Shown here: one piece after another, positions 30,980-39,077 of the stretch | How the letters are laid out: every line of letters begins with the position of its first letter | Numbering within the stretch: position 1 is the first letter of the stretch | Assembly (NCBI GenBank): GCA_963700155.1 | Contig: OY969472.1 | Location: forward strand, 2,058 to 66,057 | Direction of reading: 5' to 3' | Origin: an uncultured bacterium | Lineage (GTDB): Bacteria > Patescibacteriota > Dojkabacteria > J137 | DNA length: 64,000 bases | Position numbers and translations under genes: made by a program | Notes under the pieces: model-generated | What the model was told of the DNA's origin: nothing | The model's input: the letters and a program-made list of their open reading frames with translations, nothing else | Databases searched by the model: none

Positions 30980-31028
30980 ATATTGGTTTTCCAAACCAAG
31001 GAGGCGGGTTCGATTCCCGCTACCCGCT
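30957..31028 (+). tRNA. tRNA-Gly (anticodon TCC)
   Basis: Manual fold: acceptor stem GCGGGTA/TACCCGC, D-loop containing GG, anticodon stem TTGGT/ACCAA with loop TTTCCAA (U33 and anticodon TCC), 4-nt variable loop, T-arm GCGGG-TTCGATT-CCCGC, and discriminator T followed by TTTTT. Confidence 0.8.
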
Positions 31029-31090
31029 TTTTTCATAAAACTCTTTCCTGGTAAGCAATGTAATTTCTACTAGTAATGGGCTGATCGAAC
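31015..31090 (+). repeat. att-like direct repeat R0: the tRNA-Gly 3' end plus about 60 nt of downstream flank
   Basis: ACCCGCTTTTTTCATAAAACTCTTTCC...ACTAGTAATGGGCTGATCGAAC is repeated with about 75% identity at 33487-33579. Confidence 0.6.
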
Positions 31091-32397
31091 TAATTAGGAA
31101 AAATCTCAGTTGAACCTTCAATAATTTTCACTGTAGAATTATTTTCAAATATAAATTTAAGTTCCTCTCCAGCCCAACTATAATCCTCTTCTTTTCCTAT
31201 CAAAAATGTTTGATCAGTTTTATGTTTATAATAACTGAAACCATTCATTGGAGTTTCACTGTTTAAATAGATGCAAATTAAACCATTATTAAACTGAGTT
31301 ACATACTCATCGGTTCTCTTATTTGAATATTTTCCTTTTAATTTACTGAGCTCATCATTATTTTCATCATCCTTAAAATTATTTTTAACATATAGCCATA
31401 TTGCATGGATTGAATTAGCTATTGTATTTGTCCAGCTATCCATGGAGTTTGTCAGTACTACTATCCCAATATCATTCTCGTTATCAATAAGTATTTGTGA
31501 AGAATAACCATTGAAAGAACCTCCATGACCATTTACTAAAATATTCGAGTTATGCCAAGTTTCATATCCGTAACCATATTGTAAATCACTATCTCTTGAC
31601 GTTCTTACTTTTCTCATTTCTTCTAAACTATTTTTACTCAATTTAACTGGATTTAAATTTTCTCTCACAAATTTAGATAAATCCTCCACACTAGATATAA
31701 AACCAGTGGAGGCTGAAAATGCTTTAGTCTGTACATTATTTAATGGTTCATCTGAGTGCAAACTTTTTCTTTTATAAGGAGTACAAATTCCAGTTATACT
31801 TGAATCTTCCAAGTCAGAATAAGTATTTTTCATTTCAAGAACAGATAGAAAATCTTTTGAAAATTCTACAAAGGATTTTATAGTAATTTTTTCGATTATC
31901 AAGCCTAAGATTGCATATCCTAAATTTGAGTATTTAAATTGCTCCATTGGTGCATATATCTTAATATCCTTTTTTAATTCTTCAAGTACAAATTCTTTAT
32001 CAGGAAAATTATCATCTTCCCAACATAAAGTATTACCATCTGATTTAATACCTGATTGATGACTCAGTAATTGCCTAATAGTAATATTTGAAATATTTGA
32101 ATTTATTTCTTCAAAATATTTATTTAACTTATCCTCTAAAGACAACTTATCTTCTTCTAAAAGTTTAAAAATCATATTTGCTGTAAACATCTTTGAAACA
32201 GAGGCTACCCTATACATACTTTTAGTATTCGATTCAGTTTTATTCATTAAATTGCTATATCCGTAGCTATTAGAATAAATATTGTTTCCCCCATTAACAA
32301 GTGAGATTGTAATACTGGGAATATTTTCAGTTTTCCTAAAGTGATCCAACCAAACATTTATAAGCTCTATTGCTTTTTCTTGAGATTTACTACCCAT
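31090..32397 (-). CDS. beta-lactamase-fold serine hydrolase (class C beta-lactamase / EstB / D-aminopeptidase family)
   Basis: The motifs SVSK (S-x-x-K), YSN and HGG occur at appropriate spacing in a 435-aa protein. Confidence 0.75.
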   Translation of the reverse strand: MGSKSQEKAIELINVWLDHFRKTENIPSITISLVNGGNNIYSNSYGYSNLMNKTESNTKSMYRVASVSKMFTANMIFKLLEEDKLSLEDKLNKYFEEINSNISNITIRQLLSHQSGIKSDGNTLCWEDDNFPDKEFVLEELKKDIKIYAPMEQFKYSNLGYAILGLIIEKITIKSFVEFSKDFLSVLEMKNTYSDLEDSSITGICTPYKRKSLHSDEPLNNVQTKAFSASTGFISSVEDLSKFVRENLNPVKLSKNSLEEMRKVRTSRDSDLQYGYGYETWHNSNILVNGHGGSFNGYSSQILIDNENDIGIVVLTNSMDSWTNTIANSIHAIWLYVKNNFKDDENNDELSKLKGKYSNKRTDEYVTQFNNGLICIYLNSETPMNGFSYYKHKTDQTFLIGKEEDYSWAGEELKFIFENNSTVKIIEGSTEIFPN

Positions 32398-32476
32398 TTT
32401 TTTAATTTAATATCTATCAAAGAATTTTATCATTAAATCATTGTAAAGCTCTAGAATATAATTTTAGTTAATTTAA

Positions 32477-32488
32477 CCATAACCCGCT
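32477..32488 (+). repeat. att-like remnant R1 (CCATAACCCGCT)
   Basis: Short degenerate copy of the tRNA-Gly 3' end (TACCCGCT), sharing the core found in R2-R4. Confidence 0.4.
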
Positions 32489-32567
32489 TTCTGTGATTGT
32501 TGTCCGATATTCTTCTCAATTTGCCATTCTATATCTAAACTTACTATTGTTACTAATGAAGAAGATA

Positions 32568-32596
32568 TTGACTTTCTTATATAACCAAGATATAAT
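32568..32596 (+). promoter_or_regulatory. near-consensus sigma70-type promoter (TTGACT-17-TATAAT)
   Basis: The -35 box is at 32568-32573 and the -10 box at 32591-32596. About 40 nt downstream is a GGAGGG ribosome-binding site placed 6 nt before ATG 32646. Confidence 0.6.
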
Positions 32597-32645
32597 GTAT
32601 ATACGGTATGAAGCATTAAGCTTCTAACTATATGGAGGGTACAAA

Positions 32646-32729
32646 ATGCCTGACACAACCAAAAGTGGTGGAAACAGTCCCAAGGGCGGTGGTCCTAAAT
32701 CGCCGGGTCCAGGCCCGAAGCAAGGGTAA
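32646..32729 (+). CDS. micro-ORF encoding a 27-aa Gly/Pro/Lys-rich peptide (MPDTTKSGGNSPKGGGPKSPGPGPKQG). It could alternatively be a GC-rich small RNA.
   Basis: Strong RBS GGAGGG, an ATG start, a TAA stop, and local GC far above the genome background. It is followed 13 nt later by a perfect GC-rich hairpin. Confidence 0.4.
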   Translation: MPDTTKSGGNSPKGGGPKSPGPGPKQG

Positions 32730-32742
32730 CTAACTCCATCAC

Positions 32743-32765
32743 GGGGCGACACAATGTGTCGCCCC
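32743..32765 (+). terminator. perfect GC-rich hairpin (GGGGCGACAC-aat-GTGTCGCCCC) with no U-tract
   Basis: 10-bp perfect stem with a 3-nt loop, in a genome that otherwise lacks GC-rich stretches. Confidence 0.45.
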
Positions 32766-32892
32766 AAACAACCCCAACAAAAACATTTTGAAAGATATTT
32801 GAAATTCATAACTCCTAATATCAATAAAATACCAAAATCGGATTATCCAGAGACATTAAATATTTGGATATTGTCAGAAAACCGAGTTGTTA

Positions 32893-32918
32893 GTTCGAAC
32901 TTCGGTCCATAACCCGCT
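32893..32918 (+). repeat. att-like remnant R2 (GTTCGAACTTCGGTCCATAACCCGCT)
   Basis: Degenerate copy of the tRNA T-loop and 3' end. It is nearly identical to the start of R3. Confidence 0.5.
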
Positions 32919-33018
32919 TTTGCTTCTAGAATCATTTCCCAATGAGCATTTTGATAACTATTCTAGCCAAAAAATAAATGATATAATAAAAATCATATAA
33001 ATTATTAGTTTATAACAT

Positions 33019-33357
33019 ATGAATAGAGATGAAACTCCTACAGTCGCTGATGCCGTAGATGCTACGCGAGAGAGATATAATAAGGAACGTTCTACAAGTT
33101 ATAAGGTAGGGCAAACTTTAACAATACCTGAAGGCACAAGAATTATAGTGGAAGGAAAGGGGATGATATTGCCAGTTGAGGTAGAGGCGGTCGTAAAACA
33201 TATAGAATATGATGATTATTCATTGGAAATGGCGGAGTCACAATTAGTACCCGACGATAACAATAACTTAGATTTCCCTAAAATTACTTTTAAACTTAAA
33301 GGTTATGAACGTGGTGAAACAGTGAAATTATTTCAGTTTCGTTTACCTCGAGGATAG
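33019..33357 (+). CDS. hypothetical protein, higher-GC islet gene
   Basis: 112-aa ORF with GC clearly above the genomic background. It is flanked by att-like remnants R2 and R3. Confidence 0.4.
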   Translation: MNRDETPTVADAVDATRERYNKERSTSYKVGQTLTIPEGTRIIVEGKGMILPVEVEAVVKHIEYDDYSLEMAESQLVPDDNNNLDFPKITFKLKGYERGETVKLFQFRLPRG

Positions 33358-33486
33358 CCTCTCAAAAAAGACAGTTTAGGTTCTAAATAGAGTAGCCAAT
33401 TCTTAAGGCAAATATGGTTTTGAATGAGTTAAGTACGCATTTGAAGATTAGATCCACATGTATTATCTAATGTACTTGTACGAGCA

Positions 33487-33579
33487 GTTCGGTTCGAACT
33501 TCGGTCCATAACCCGCTTGTGTCATAAAATTCTTTCCCATTAACCATTATATTTTCAACTAGTAACGGTCTGATCGAAC
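33487..33579 (+). repeat. att-like direct repeat R3 (a copy of the tRNA 3' end and downstream flank, cognate to R0)
   Basis: GTTCGGTTCGAACTTCGGTCCATAACCCGCTTGTGTCATAAAATTCTTTCC...ACTAGTAACGGTCTGATCGAAC aligns with 31015-31090. Confidence 0.6.
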
Positions 33580-33622
33580 CAAATTTGATATAATCCAAAT
33601 AAATAAATTTACATATATTTAT

Positions 33623-34423
33623 ATGGAGAAAGAATGCATACCTGAAGGATTAAGCGAGGGTGAATATTTTAAAAGAATTATAGACATTTTTAGCAGTCAA
33701 GAAATAGTTAGAGAACATGTAATTAAAAATCACGATGATAACCTTTGGTGGCCTCAAAAAGTTAAGGATCCAAGAAAGAGATTACTATTTGCAGGATTAT
33801 CAACTAGGGTTTCATATAACATGATTGACCATTATCGCTCAGTTATAGATGAACTCGATGCTTACTCCTACGAAGATATAGTAAATTTACCTGTTGAAGA
33901 TTTAATAAAAATTGTAGGGAGATTAGGACTAGGTAATACTAGGACTAAATATATTCACTCAATGATTAAATTCATTCAACTTCATGATACGGAATTATCC
34001 TCTTATTCAAATTCAGATTTAATTAAATTGATTTCTGAAGAAGTTGATGGAGCATCGTATAAGGTTGCACAGTGCTGCGTGTTATATTCGCGAGGTTACC
34101 ATTGCGGAGTTATGCCTGTTGATAGTGGAATGAAAGATATGCTGCTCCCATGTATCGGATTCAATCTCAGTAATGGTGCAATTGGCCATGAAGAAGCTCG
34201 ATTGGAGCTTGAGAGATTAGTTTCAGAAGTAGATTTAAGACCAATATTAGAGAAAAATAATTATTTGGATTATATAAATATACCTGAAGGTGCAGATTTA
34301 ACTTGGTGGACACACTTAGTACTTATTTACTACAAGAGATTCTTTTGTAATAAACATAATCCATCAATCTGCCCTTTAGCAAATACTTTTAAATTAAGAG
34401 AATCATGTAAAGAGGAACTATGA
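33623..34423 (+). CDS. Ogg-like HhH-GPD DNA glycosylase/lyase (8-oxoguanine glycosylase family)
   Basis: LGLGNTRTKY matches OGG1 LGLGYRARY. VDGASYKVAQCCVLYS matches PGVGTKVADCICLMA, with the catalytic Lys conserved. PVDSGM matches PVDVHM, with the catalytic Asp conserved. It ends with TGA in an ATGA overlap with the next gene. Confidence 0.65.
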   Translation: MEKECIPEGLSEGEYFKRIIDIFSSQEIVREHVIKNHDDNLWWPQKVKDPRKRLLFAGLSTRVSYNMIDHYRSVIDELDAYSYEDIVNLPVEDLIKIVGRLGLGNTRTKYIHSMIKFIQLHDTELSSYSNSDLIKLISEEVDGASYKVAQCCVLYSRGYHCGVMPVDSGMKDMLLPCIGFNLSNGAIGHEEARLELERLVSEVDLRPILEKNNYLDYINIPEGADLTWWTHLVLIYYKRFFCNKHNPSICPLANTFKLRESCKEEL

Positions 34424-34900
34424 TAATACTAGAAGGTTTGGATGGGACAGGTAAAAGTACCCTTTCAGAAAAATTAAAACAATTTGGATATTCAAATTTA
34501 TATTTTGCACATGACCCAGAAAATAAAGATATCTATGGGAAATATTTAAATATATTAAAAGGTGGAAACTTACAAAAATTAATTTTAGACCGTTCATTCA
34601 TAAGTGAATTTGTTTATGGGAACGTACTTAGAGGTGGAAGTAGACTGAGTGAATCTCAAATACAAACTCTTGCAAAAAATTATGCTCAGAAAAGTGGAAG
34701 GATAATTTATTTGGTTGCACCTTATAACACCCTAGTCAAAAGAAGAAAATAAAGATTTGCTAATTCTCCAAAAGAATTATAAGGAACTAAATGATTCGTA
34801 TGAATACATAATGAAATCATTAAAAAATTTTATAAGGATATATAAATTTGATACTAAACTAAAGAGCACAGAACAAATTGTAAAAGACTTAGACTTTTTA
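34420..34900 (+). pseudogene. Tmk-like P-loop kinase interrupted by a -1 frameshift in an A-rich run
   Basis: The Tmk P-loop ILEGLDGTGKST is present. Frame 1 stops at 34750-34752 after 110 aa. The reading frame continues in the -1 frame (EENKDLLILQKNYKELNDSYEYIMKSLKNF...) to a TAG at about 34900. The shift maps to AAAAGAAGAAAATAAAG. Confidence 0.5.
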
Positions 34901-34910
34901 TAGAAATCAT

Positions 34911-35711
34911 ATGACTACTGATATTGTTTTCGCAGGTAACATCTCAAGGGATAAGATTTCTTGTATGGATAGTATTTACAGAGAGGTTTGGGGTGGGAGT
35001 TCACTTAATTCTTCATTAGTATGTAGGGTGGTGAGTAATAAAGGTATCGGATTGATTACAGCATTTGGTAATGACTTTGATAGAAATTTACTTTCAAAAA
35101 ATAGAATACAGATTGAGAATTCATTTGTTAGTAGAAAGAGTAATGCTTTTTTGATAAATGAAAGAAAAGATACATTTACTCTGGAAGAACCTCCTTATCT
35201 AAATTACAATAATATACCCAATATTAACACCAATATATTACACGTTTCCTTTAGGAGAGGTGTCCCTATTGAAAGAATCTTAGACTCAAAAGGAGTTAAC
35301 TTTAAATCTTTATCAATTGATGTGATGATTCATAGTATTAAAGATTATCTTCCATTGTTCCAAAAATATAAAGATGCTATAAATTTTGCTTTTTGTAACT
35401 CCTCTGAGTATAGAATTATTAAAGACTATCTTGAACCATCTGCAAATATTCTAGTGACAGATAGTGGTAAGGATGTAACCTATTTCAATGGCGAAACTAA
35501 GAAAGTATTTAGAGTTATTAATGTAGATAGTAGCAAGGTAGTATCAACTACTGGTGCTGGTGATTGCTTTATTGGTGGCTTTTGGGGTTCTTTTCTTACT
35601 AATGATTCATTTGATAATTCTATAAATTTAGGAATAAAATTAGCATCAGATTCTGTAAAATATTGTGGAGTCGAAGATTTTATAAATAATAGTAATTTAC
35701 TAAAACATTAA
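34911..35711 (+). CDS. PfkB/ribokinase-family carbohydrate or nucleoside kinase
   Basis: C-terminal TTGAGDCFIGGF (the GAGD ATP-binding motif) and a ribokinase-fold N-terminus. Confidence 0.75.
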   Translation: MTTDIVFAGNISRDKISCMDSIYREVWGGSSLNSSLVCRVVSNKGIGLITAFGNDFDRNLLSKNRIQIENSFVSRKSNAFLINERKDTFTLEEPPYLNYNNIPNINTNILHVSFRRGVPIERILDSKGVNFKSLSIDVMIHSIKDYLPLFQKYKDAINFAFCNSSEYRIIKDYLEPSANILVTDSGKDVTYFNGETKKVFRVINVDSSKVVSTTGAGDCFIGGFWGSFLTNDSFDNSINLGIKLASDSVKYCGVEDFINNSNLLKH

Positions 35712-35728
35712 TTTTTAAGACTAAAATA

Positions 35729-36028
35729 ATGAGTAAAAAACAGAACTCGGTTCAAAAACAAATCTGGCAAAATAAATTAGACAAAGGATTTAATACAGAA
35801 AATGTTGATAAAGAATTCTGCTTTGCTTATGGAGAACTTGGTGAAGCATATAATGCCTACAGAAAAGGTTTAGAAGATTTAGGTGATGAATTAGCTGATG
35901 TGGCTATTTACCTTTATGCATTATCAGAAATGCTAGGTTTTGATTTAGACAATGAAGTTACAAAGAAATTGGCAAAAAACAAAGCTCGTAAATATGAAAA
36001 AAAGAACGGAGTTTTACTAAAAATTTAA
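35729..36028 (+). CDS. MazG-like nucleoside triphosphate pyrophosphohydrolase (small all-alpha NTP-PPase)
   Basis: EFCFAYGELGEAYNAY...ELADVAIYLYALSEMLGFDL matches the MazG-domain EExxE/D metal-binding pattern. Confidence 0.75.
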   Translation: MSKKQNSVQKQIWQNKLDKGFNTENVDKEFCFAYGELGEAYNAYRKGLEDLGDELADVAIYLYALSEMLGFDLDNEVTKKLAKNKARKYEKKNGVLLKI

Positions 36029-36034
36029 ATTACT

Positions 36035-36061
36035 GGTTTGAACTTCGCTCCATAACCCGCT
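36035..36061 (+). repeat. att-like remnant R4 (GGTTTGAACTTCGCTCCATAACCCGCT)
   Basis: Degenerate copy of the tRNA 3' end. The flank that follows (TTTTTCAAAACC...) resembles the flank after the genuine tRNA. Confidence 0.5.
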
Positions 36062-36305
36062 TTTTCAAAACCTTCAATTCATTTTACAAACAAAAGAACC
36101 GCTCAGGTTAGATTTTTACAAAAAGCGGACAATTATATTATAAACGTCACAATAATAAACCAAGAACCTTCGTAGACTATTCATCTTTGATATATATATT
36201 TATTAAACACTTACTATCATTACAGATACATTCAATTATATATAATTTTTGCATATTTTTATTCTCAAATGTATAATAAATAAAATATCTATTAAAATAC
36301 TAATT

Positions 36306-37991
36306 ATGGGAAAGAAGATCATATTTAATGTATTAATAATATTCTTAATGTTTTCGCCTGCTTCAGGCATGGTTTTTGCTCAAAATATAAATTTAATAAA
36401 TAACCCTTCAGTTGAAACATCACAAAATTCACTTCCTCAAGATTGGTCAAAAGAAAGCTGGGGGAAAAACACTGTATCTTACCAATATCTATCAACAGGT
36501 CATACTGGCTCAAAAAGTCTTTATCTAAAAGTTAGCGATTACCAAAGTGGAGACGCAAAATGGGTATTCAATCCTGTAAATGTTTCAGCAAGCACTAACT
36601 ATCTTTTTACAGACTACTATAAATCCACGGCTGTAAGTGATGTTGTAGTTAGATTAATTGATTCTTCGAATAAACAGACATATATAGACTTGGGAGAAAC
36701 CCAGCCTTCAGCAAATTGGACACAATTTTCAGCAACTTTTAAAACTAAACCAACAACTGTAAAAGTTACTGTTTTACATTTACTCTATAACGACGGAGAA
36801 TTAACTACAGACGACTATAGTTTATATCTAAATCCAGGAGCTGTAATAACTTACAATGTTCCAAACAACTCTGTAGAAACAGTTTCAACTATAAATCCTA
36901 ATCTCCCGGACAGCTGGACAAGCGATGCTTGGGGAACAAATAATGCACAATTCGATTATTTAAATACTGGTTATGATAGTAATCGAAGTGTCAAAGTAAC
37001 AATATCTTCTTACACTAACGGCGATGCTAAATGGATGTATAATCCACAACCTTTGACAAAAGGACAATATTATGAGTTTCAAGATTATTATCAGTCTGAT
37101 GTTTCTACTGAAGTCGCAGTTATGTATACTAAAAGAAATGGTTCACAAGCATTTCTTGAACTCAAAAATGCTCCTGTAAGTACAGGATGGAATCATTATA
37201 CTGCTTACTTCACAGTACCAAATAATGCTGTTAATGTCAGTGTTATTCACTTTCTATCAATGGCGGGGTATCTTGTTACTGATGATTATAGCGTCACTCC
37301 TGCAGTATATAAACCATTGACTCGTGCTTTGCTAACCCTGACTTTTGACAATGGCTATGAAGATAATTCAACTACTGCTGTCCCCACTATGGACGCTTTA
37401 GGTATTAAAAGCACACAATGTTTCTCAACTGAATATTTAGAAGCTGAAAATCACACTTGGGATTATATTGTAAAACAATTTTATGACGATGGTCATGAAA
37501 TTTGTTCCCACTCAGCACATCACGAAGATATTACAAATTTAACTGCTTCCCAACTTGATTATGAGTACAGTTATTCACAAAATTATTTAGACGATTTGAT
37601 TGGTGTACCTGATGCAGTTCAAAATTATATTTCGCCATTCGGAAGTTATTCTGATACAGCTTTTACTGAAGCACAAAAGTACTATACTTCTTTCCGAAGT
37701 ACAGATGACGGATATAATACCAGAGACAATATGAATTTTTATAATTTGCATGTTCAAAATATTCTGAAGACTACAACAGCAGCAAAGGTTCAATCTTGGG
37801 TGAACAATGCGATCGCAAATAAATCTTGGCTTGTTATTGTATATCATAGAGTTGCCACAAAAAAGATTGGCAAATATGACACAACGCCTACATTATTTGA
37901 TGCACAGATGCAAGCAATCGTAAATTCCAAAATTACAGTATTAACTACAGCTCAGGCGATACAGGAAATTACTCCTCAGCTAGATAAATAG
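36306..37991 (+). CDS. secreted polysaccharide deacetylase (NodB homology domain) with two N-terminal CBM-like beta-sandwich repeats
   Basis: Signal peptide MGKKIIFNVLIIFLMFSPASGMVFAQ. Two paralogous domains of about 150 aa, each ending in a TTDDYS/VTDDYS-type segment. C-terminal NodB motifs TFDNGYEDN and HSAHHEDIT. The track start at 36249 is a TTG, and ATG 36306 is preferred. Confidence 0.7.
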   Translation: MGKKIIFNVLIIFLMFSPASGMVFAQNINLINNPSVETSQNSLPQDWSKESWGKNTVSYQYLSTGHTGSKSLYLKVSDYQSGDAKWVFNPVNVSASTNYLFTDYYKSTAVSDVVVRLIDSSNKQTYIDLGETQPSANWTQFSATFKTKPTTVKVTVLHLLYNDGELTTDDYSLYLNPGAVITYNVPNNSVETVSTINPNLPDSWTSDAWGTNNAQFDYLNTGYDSNRSVKVTISSYTNGDAKWMYNPQPLTKGQYYEFQDYYQSDVSTEVAVMYTKRNGSQAFLELKNAPVSTGWNHYTAYFTVPNNAVNVSVIHFLSMAGYLVTDDYSVTPAVYKPLTRALLTLTFDNGYEDNSTTAVPTMDALGIKSTQCFSTEYLEAENHTWDYIVKQFYDDGHEICSHSAHHEDITNLTASQLDYEYSYSQNYLDDLIGVPDAVQNYISPFGSYSDTAFTEAQKYYTSFRSTDDGYNTRDNMNFYNLHVQNILKTTTAAKVQSWVNNAIANKSWLVIVYHRVATKKIGKYDTTPTLFDAQMQAIVNSKITVLTTAQAIQEITPQLDK

Positions 37992-38014
37992 CAAATCTAA
38001 TTAAAAACTATTCT

Positions 38015-38042
38015 AAAACCATTGGTAAGTGCCAATGGTTTT
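38015..38042. terminator. bidirectional hairpin terminator between convergent genes
   Basis: AAAACCATTGG-taagtg-CCAATGGTTTT forms a perfect 11-bp stem. It is flanked by A-runs on the left and T-runs on the right. Confidence 0.6.
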
Positions 38043-38188
38043 ATTATTATGAAAGATAGTAGACTTAACATTCTTTCATTATTTTAATTTAGACGAATAA
38101 TTTATATAGAATTATATTCGTTTATATTAAAAATTTTTAAATATAACATTGAGCTGTATCATTTTGTTCAGAAAGTTTTCCAGTTTAA

Positions 38189-38998
38189 TTACAATTTTGC
38201 AATATTAACAGTTTTCATTTTAAAATACTGAGTTCCTGCGGCGCCTCCTTGTGCAGTTAATTCACCAGAAAGTGCAACTTCATCATCAGCTTTTAGATTT
38301 GCTACGAAAGGTATTCCACTAATAAATGACTCAGGAACTAAATAGTTAACACAAGGAGGCGCCGGATTTGCACATGAATTAAATACATAATTAGATTTAG
38401 TTGAAACATCTGGATCAACTTCTTTATCTACATATTTAGCTATAACATTAATTAAAATATCCCCATTTAAAACAAAATATTCATTTCCTGCTGCATTACC
38501 TGCAGGTGAAGGTACAATCTGCCCAGAAATAAGAACTGGCATTGTGTCTTGAAGTGAGCTCAAAATAGGATAGTCAGATTTTGTTGATGCATCAAGTAAA
38601 TAATGGTAACAAACTGATAAATTATTATCGCAATAATCGAAAGAATAATAATCAGTACCAGCAATTTGCACAGTTGTTGAACTATAAGTTGTTCTTTTGT
38701 CTGTTATTGTATCAGCATTAGTATATGAAACAGGCGTACTCACTGGATTTTGGTTTGAACTATTGTTTGATGATGAATTATTATTTTGGTTTGTAGGTGC
38801 ATTATTATTATTTTGTAAAAGTAAAAATAAGACTATGACTACTATCACAACTATTATTAATACAAACCCTCCTACAATTATTATCATTTTGTTTCTTGGC
38901 GAATTATTATTTACACTATTTGCAACAGTTAAATTTGGTTGAGTCATTTCTTTATTTTCGACTCCAGATATATTATTTTGGTTTGTTTGTGTGTCCAT
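38189..38998 (-). CDS. secreted or membrane-anchored hypothetical protein with an Asn/Ser-rich low-complexity linker
   Basis: N-terminal TM helix (IIIVGGFVLIIVVIVVIVLFLLL), an NQNNNSSSNNSSNQN tract, and two related C-terminal subdomains. Confidence 0.45.
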   Translation of the reverse strand: MDTQTNQNNISGVENKEMTQPNLTVANSVNNNSPRNKMIIIVGGFVLIIVVIVVIVLFLLLQNNNNAPTNQNNNSSSNNSSNQNPVSTPVSYTNADTITDKRTTYSSTTVQIAGTDYYSFDYCDNNLSVCYHYLLDASTKSDYPILSSLQDTMPVLISGQIVPSPAGNAAGNEYFVLNGDILINVIAKYVDKEVDPDVSTKSNYVFNSCANPAPPCVNYLVPESFISGIPFVANLKADDEVALSGELTAQGGAAGTQYFKMKTVNIAKL

Positions 38999-39077
38999 AT
39001 TTTTTATAAAAAAAAGTATTACTTTATATAATACAACTAATTAAAAATCATCTCTATAAGTAGTGATATAATTCATC

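Noticed and set aside
32473-32824. Minus-strand ORFs at 32473-32658 and 32624-32824, which cross the GC-rich micro-gene
   Set aside because: They are Pro/Gly-rich antisense translations of the GC-rich segment. They lack a promoter or RBS, whereas the plus strand has consensus signals.
32893-33520. A second tRNA gene suggested by GGTTCGAACTTCGG...CCATAACCCGCT
   Set aside because: No acceptor, D or anticodon arm can be folded. Only the T-loop-like and 3'-end fragments are present, so these are att-type remnants of tRNA-Gly.
36249-36305. Track start of the deacetylase ORF at 36249
   Set aside because: Position 36249 is a TTG. The ATG at 36306 gives a canonical signal peptide (MGKKIIFNVLIIFLMFSPASG).
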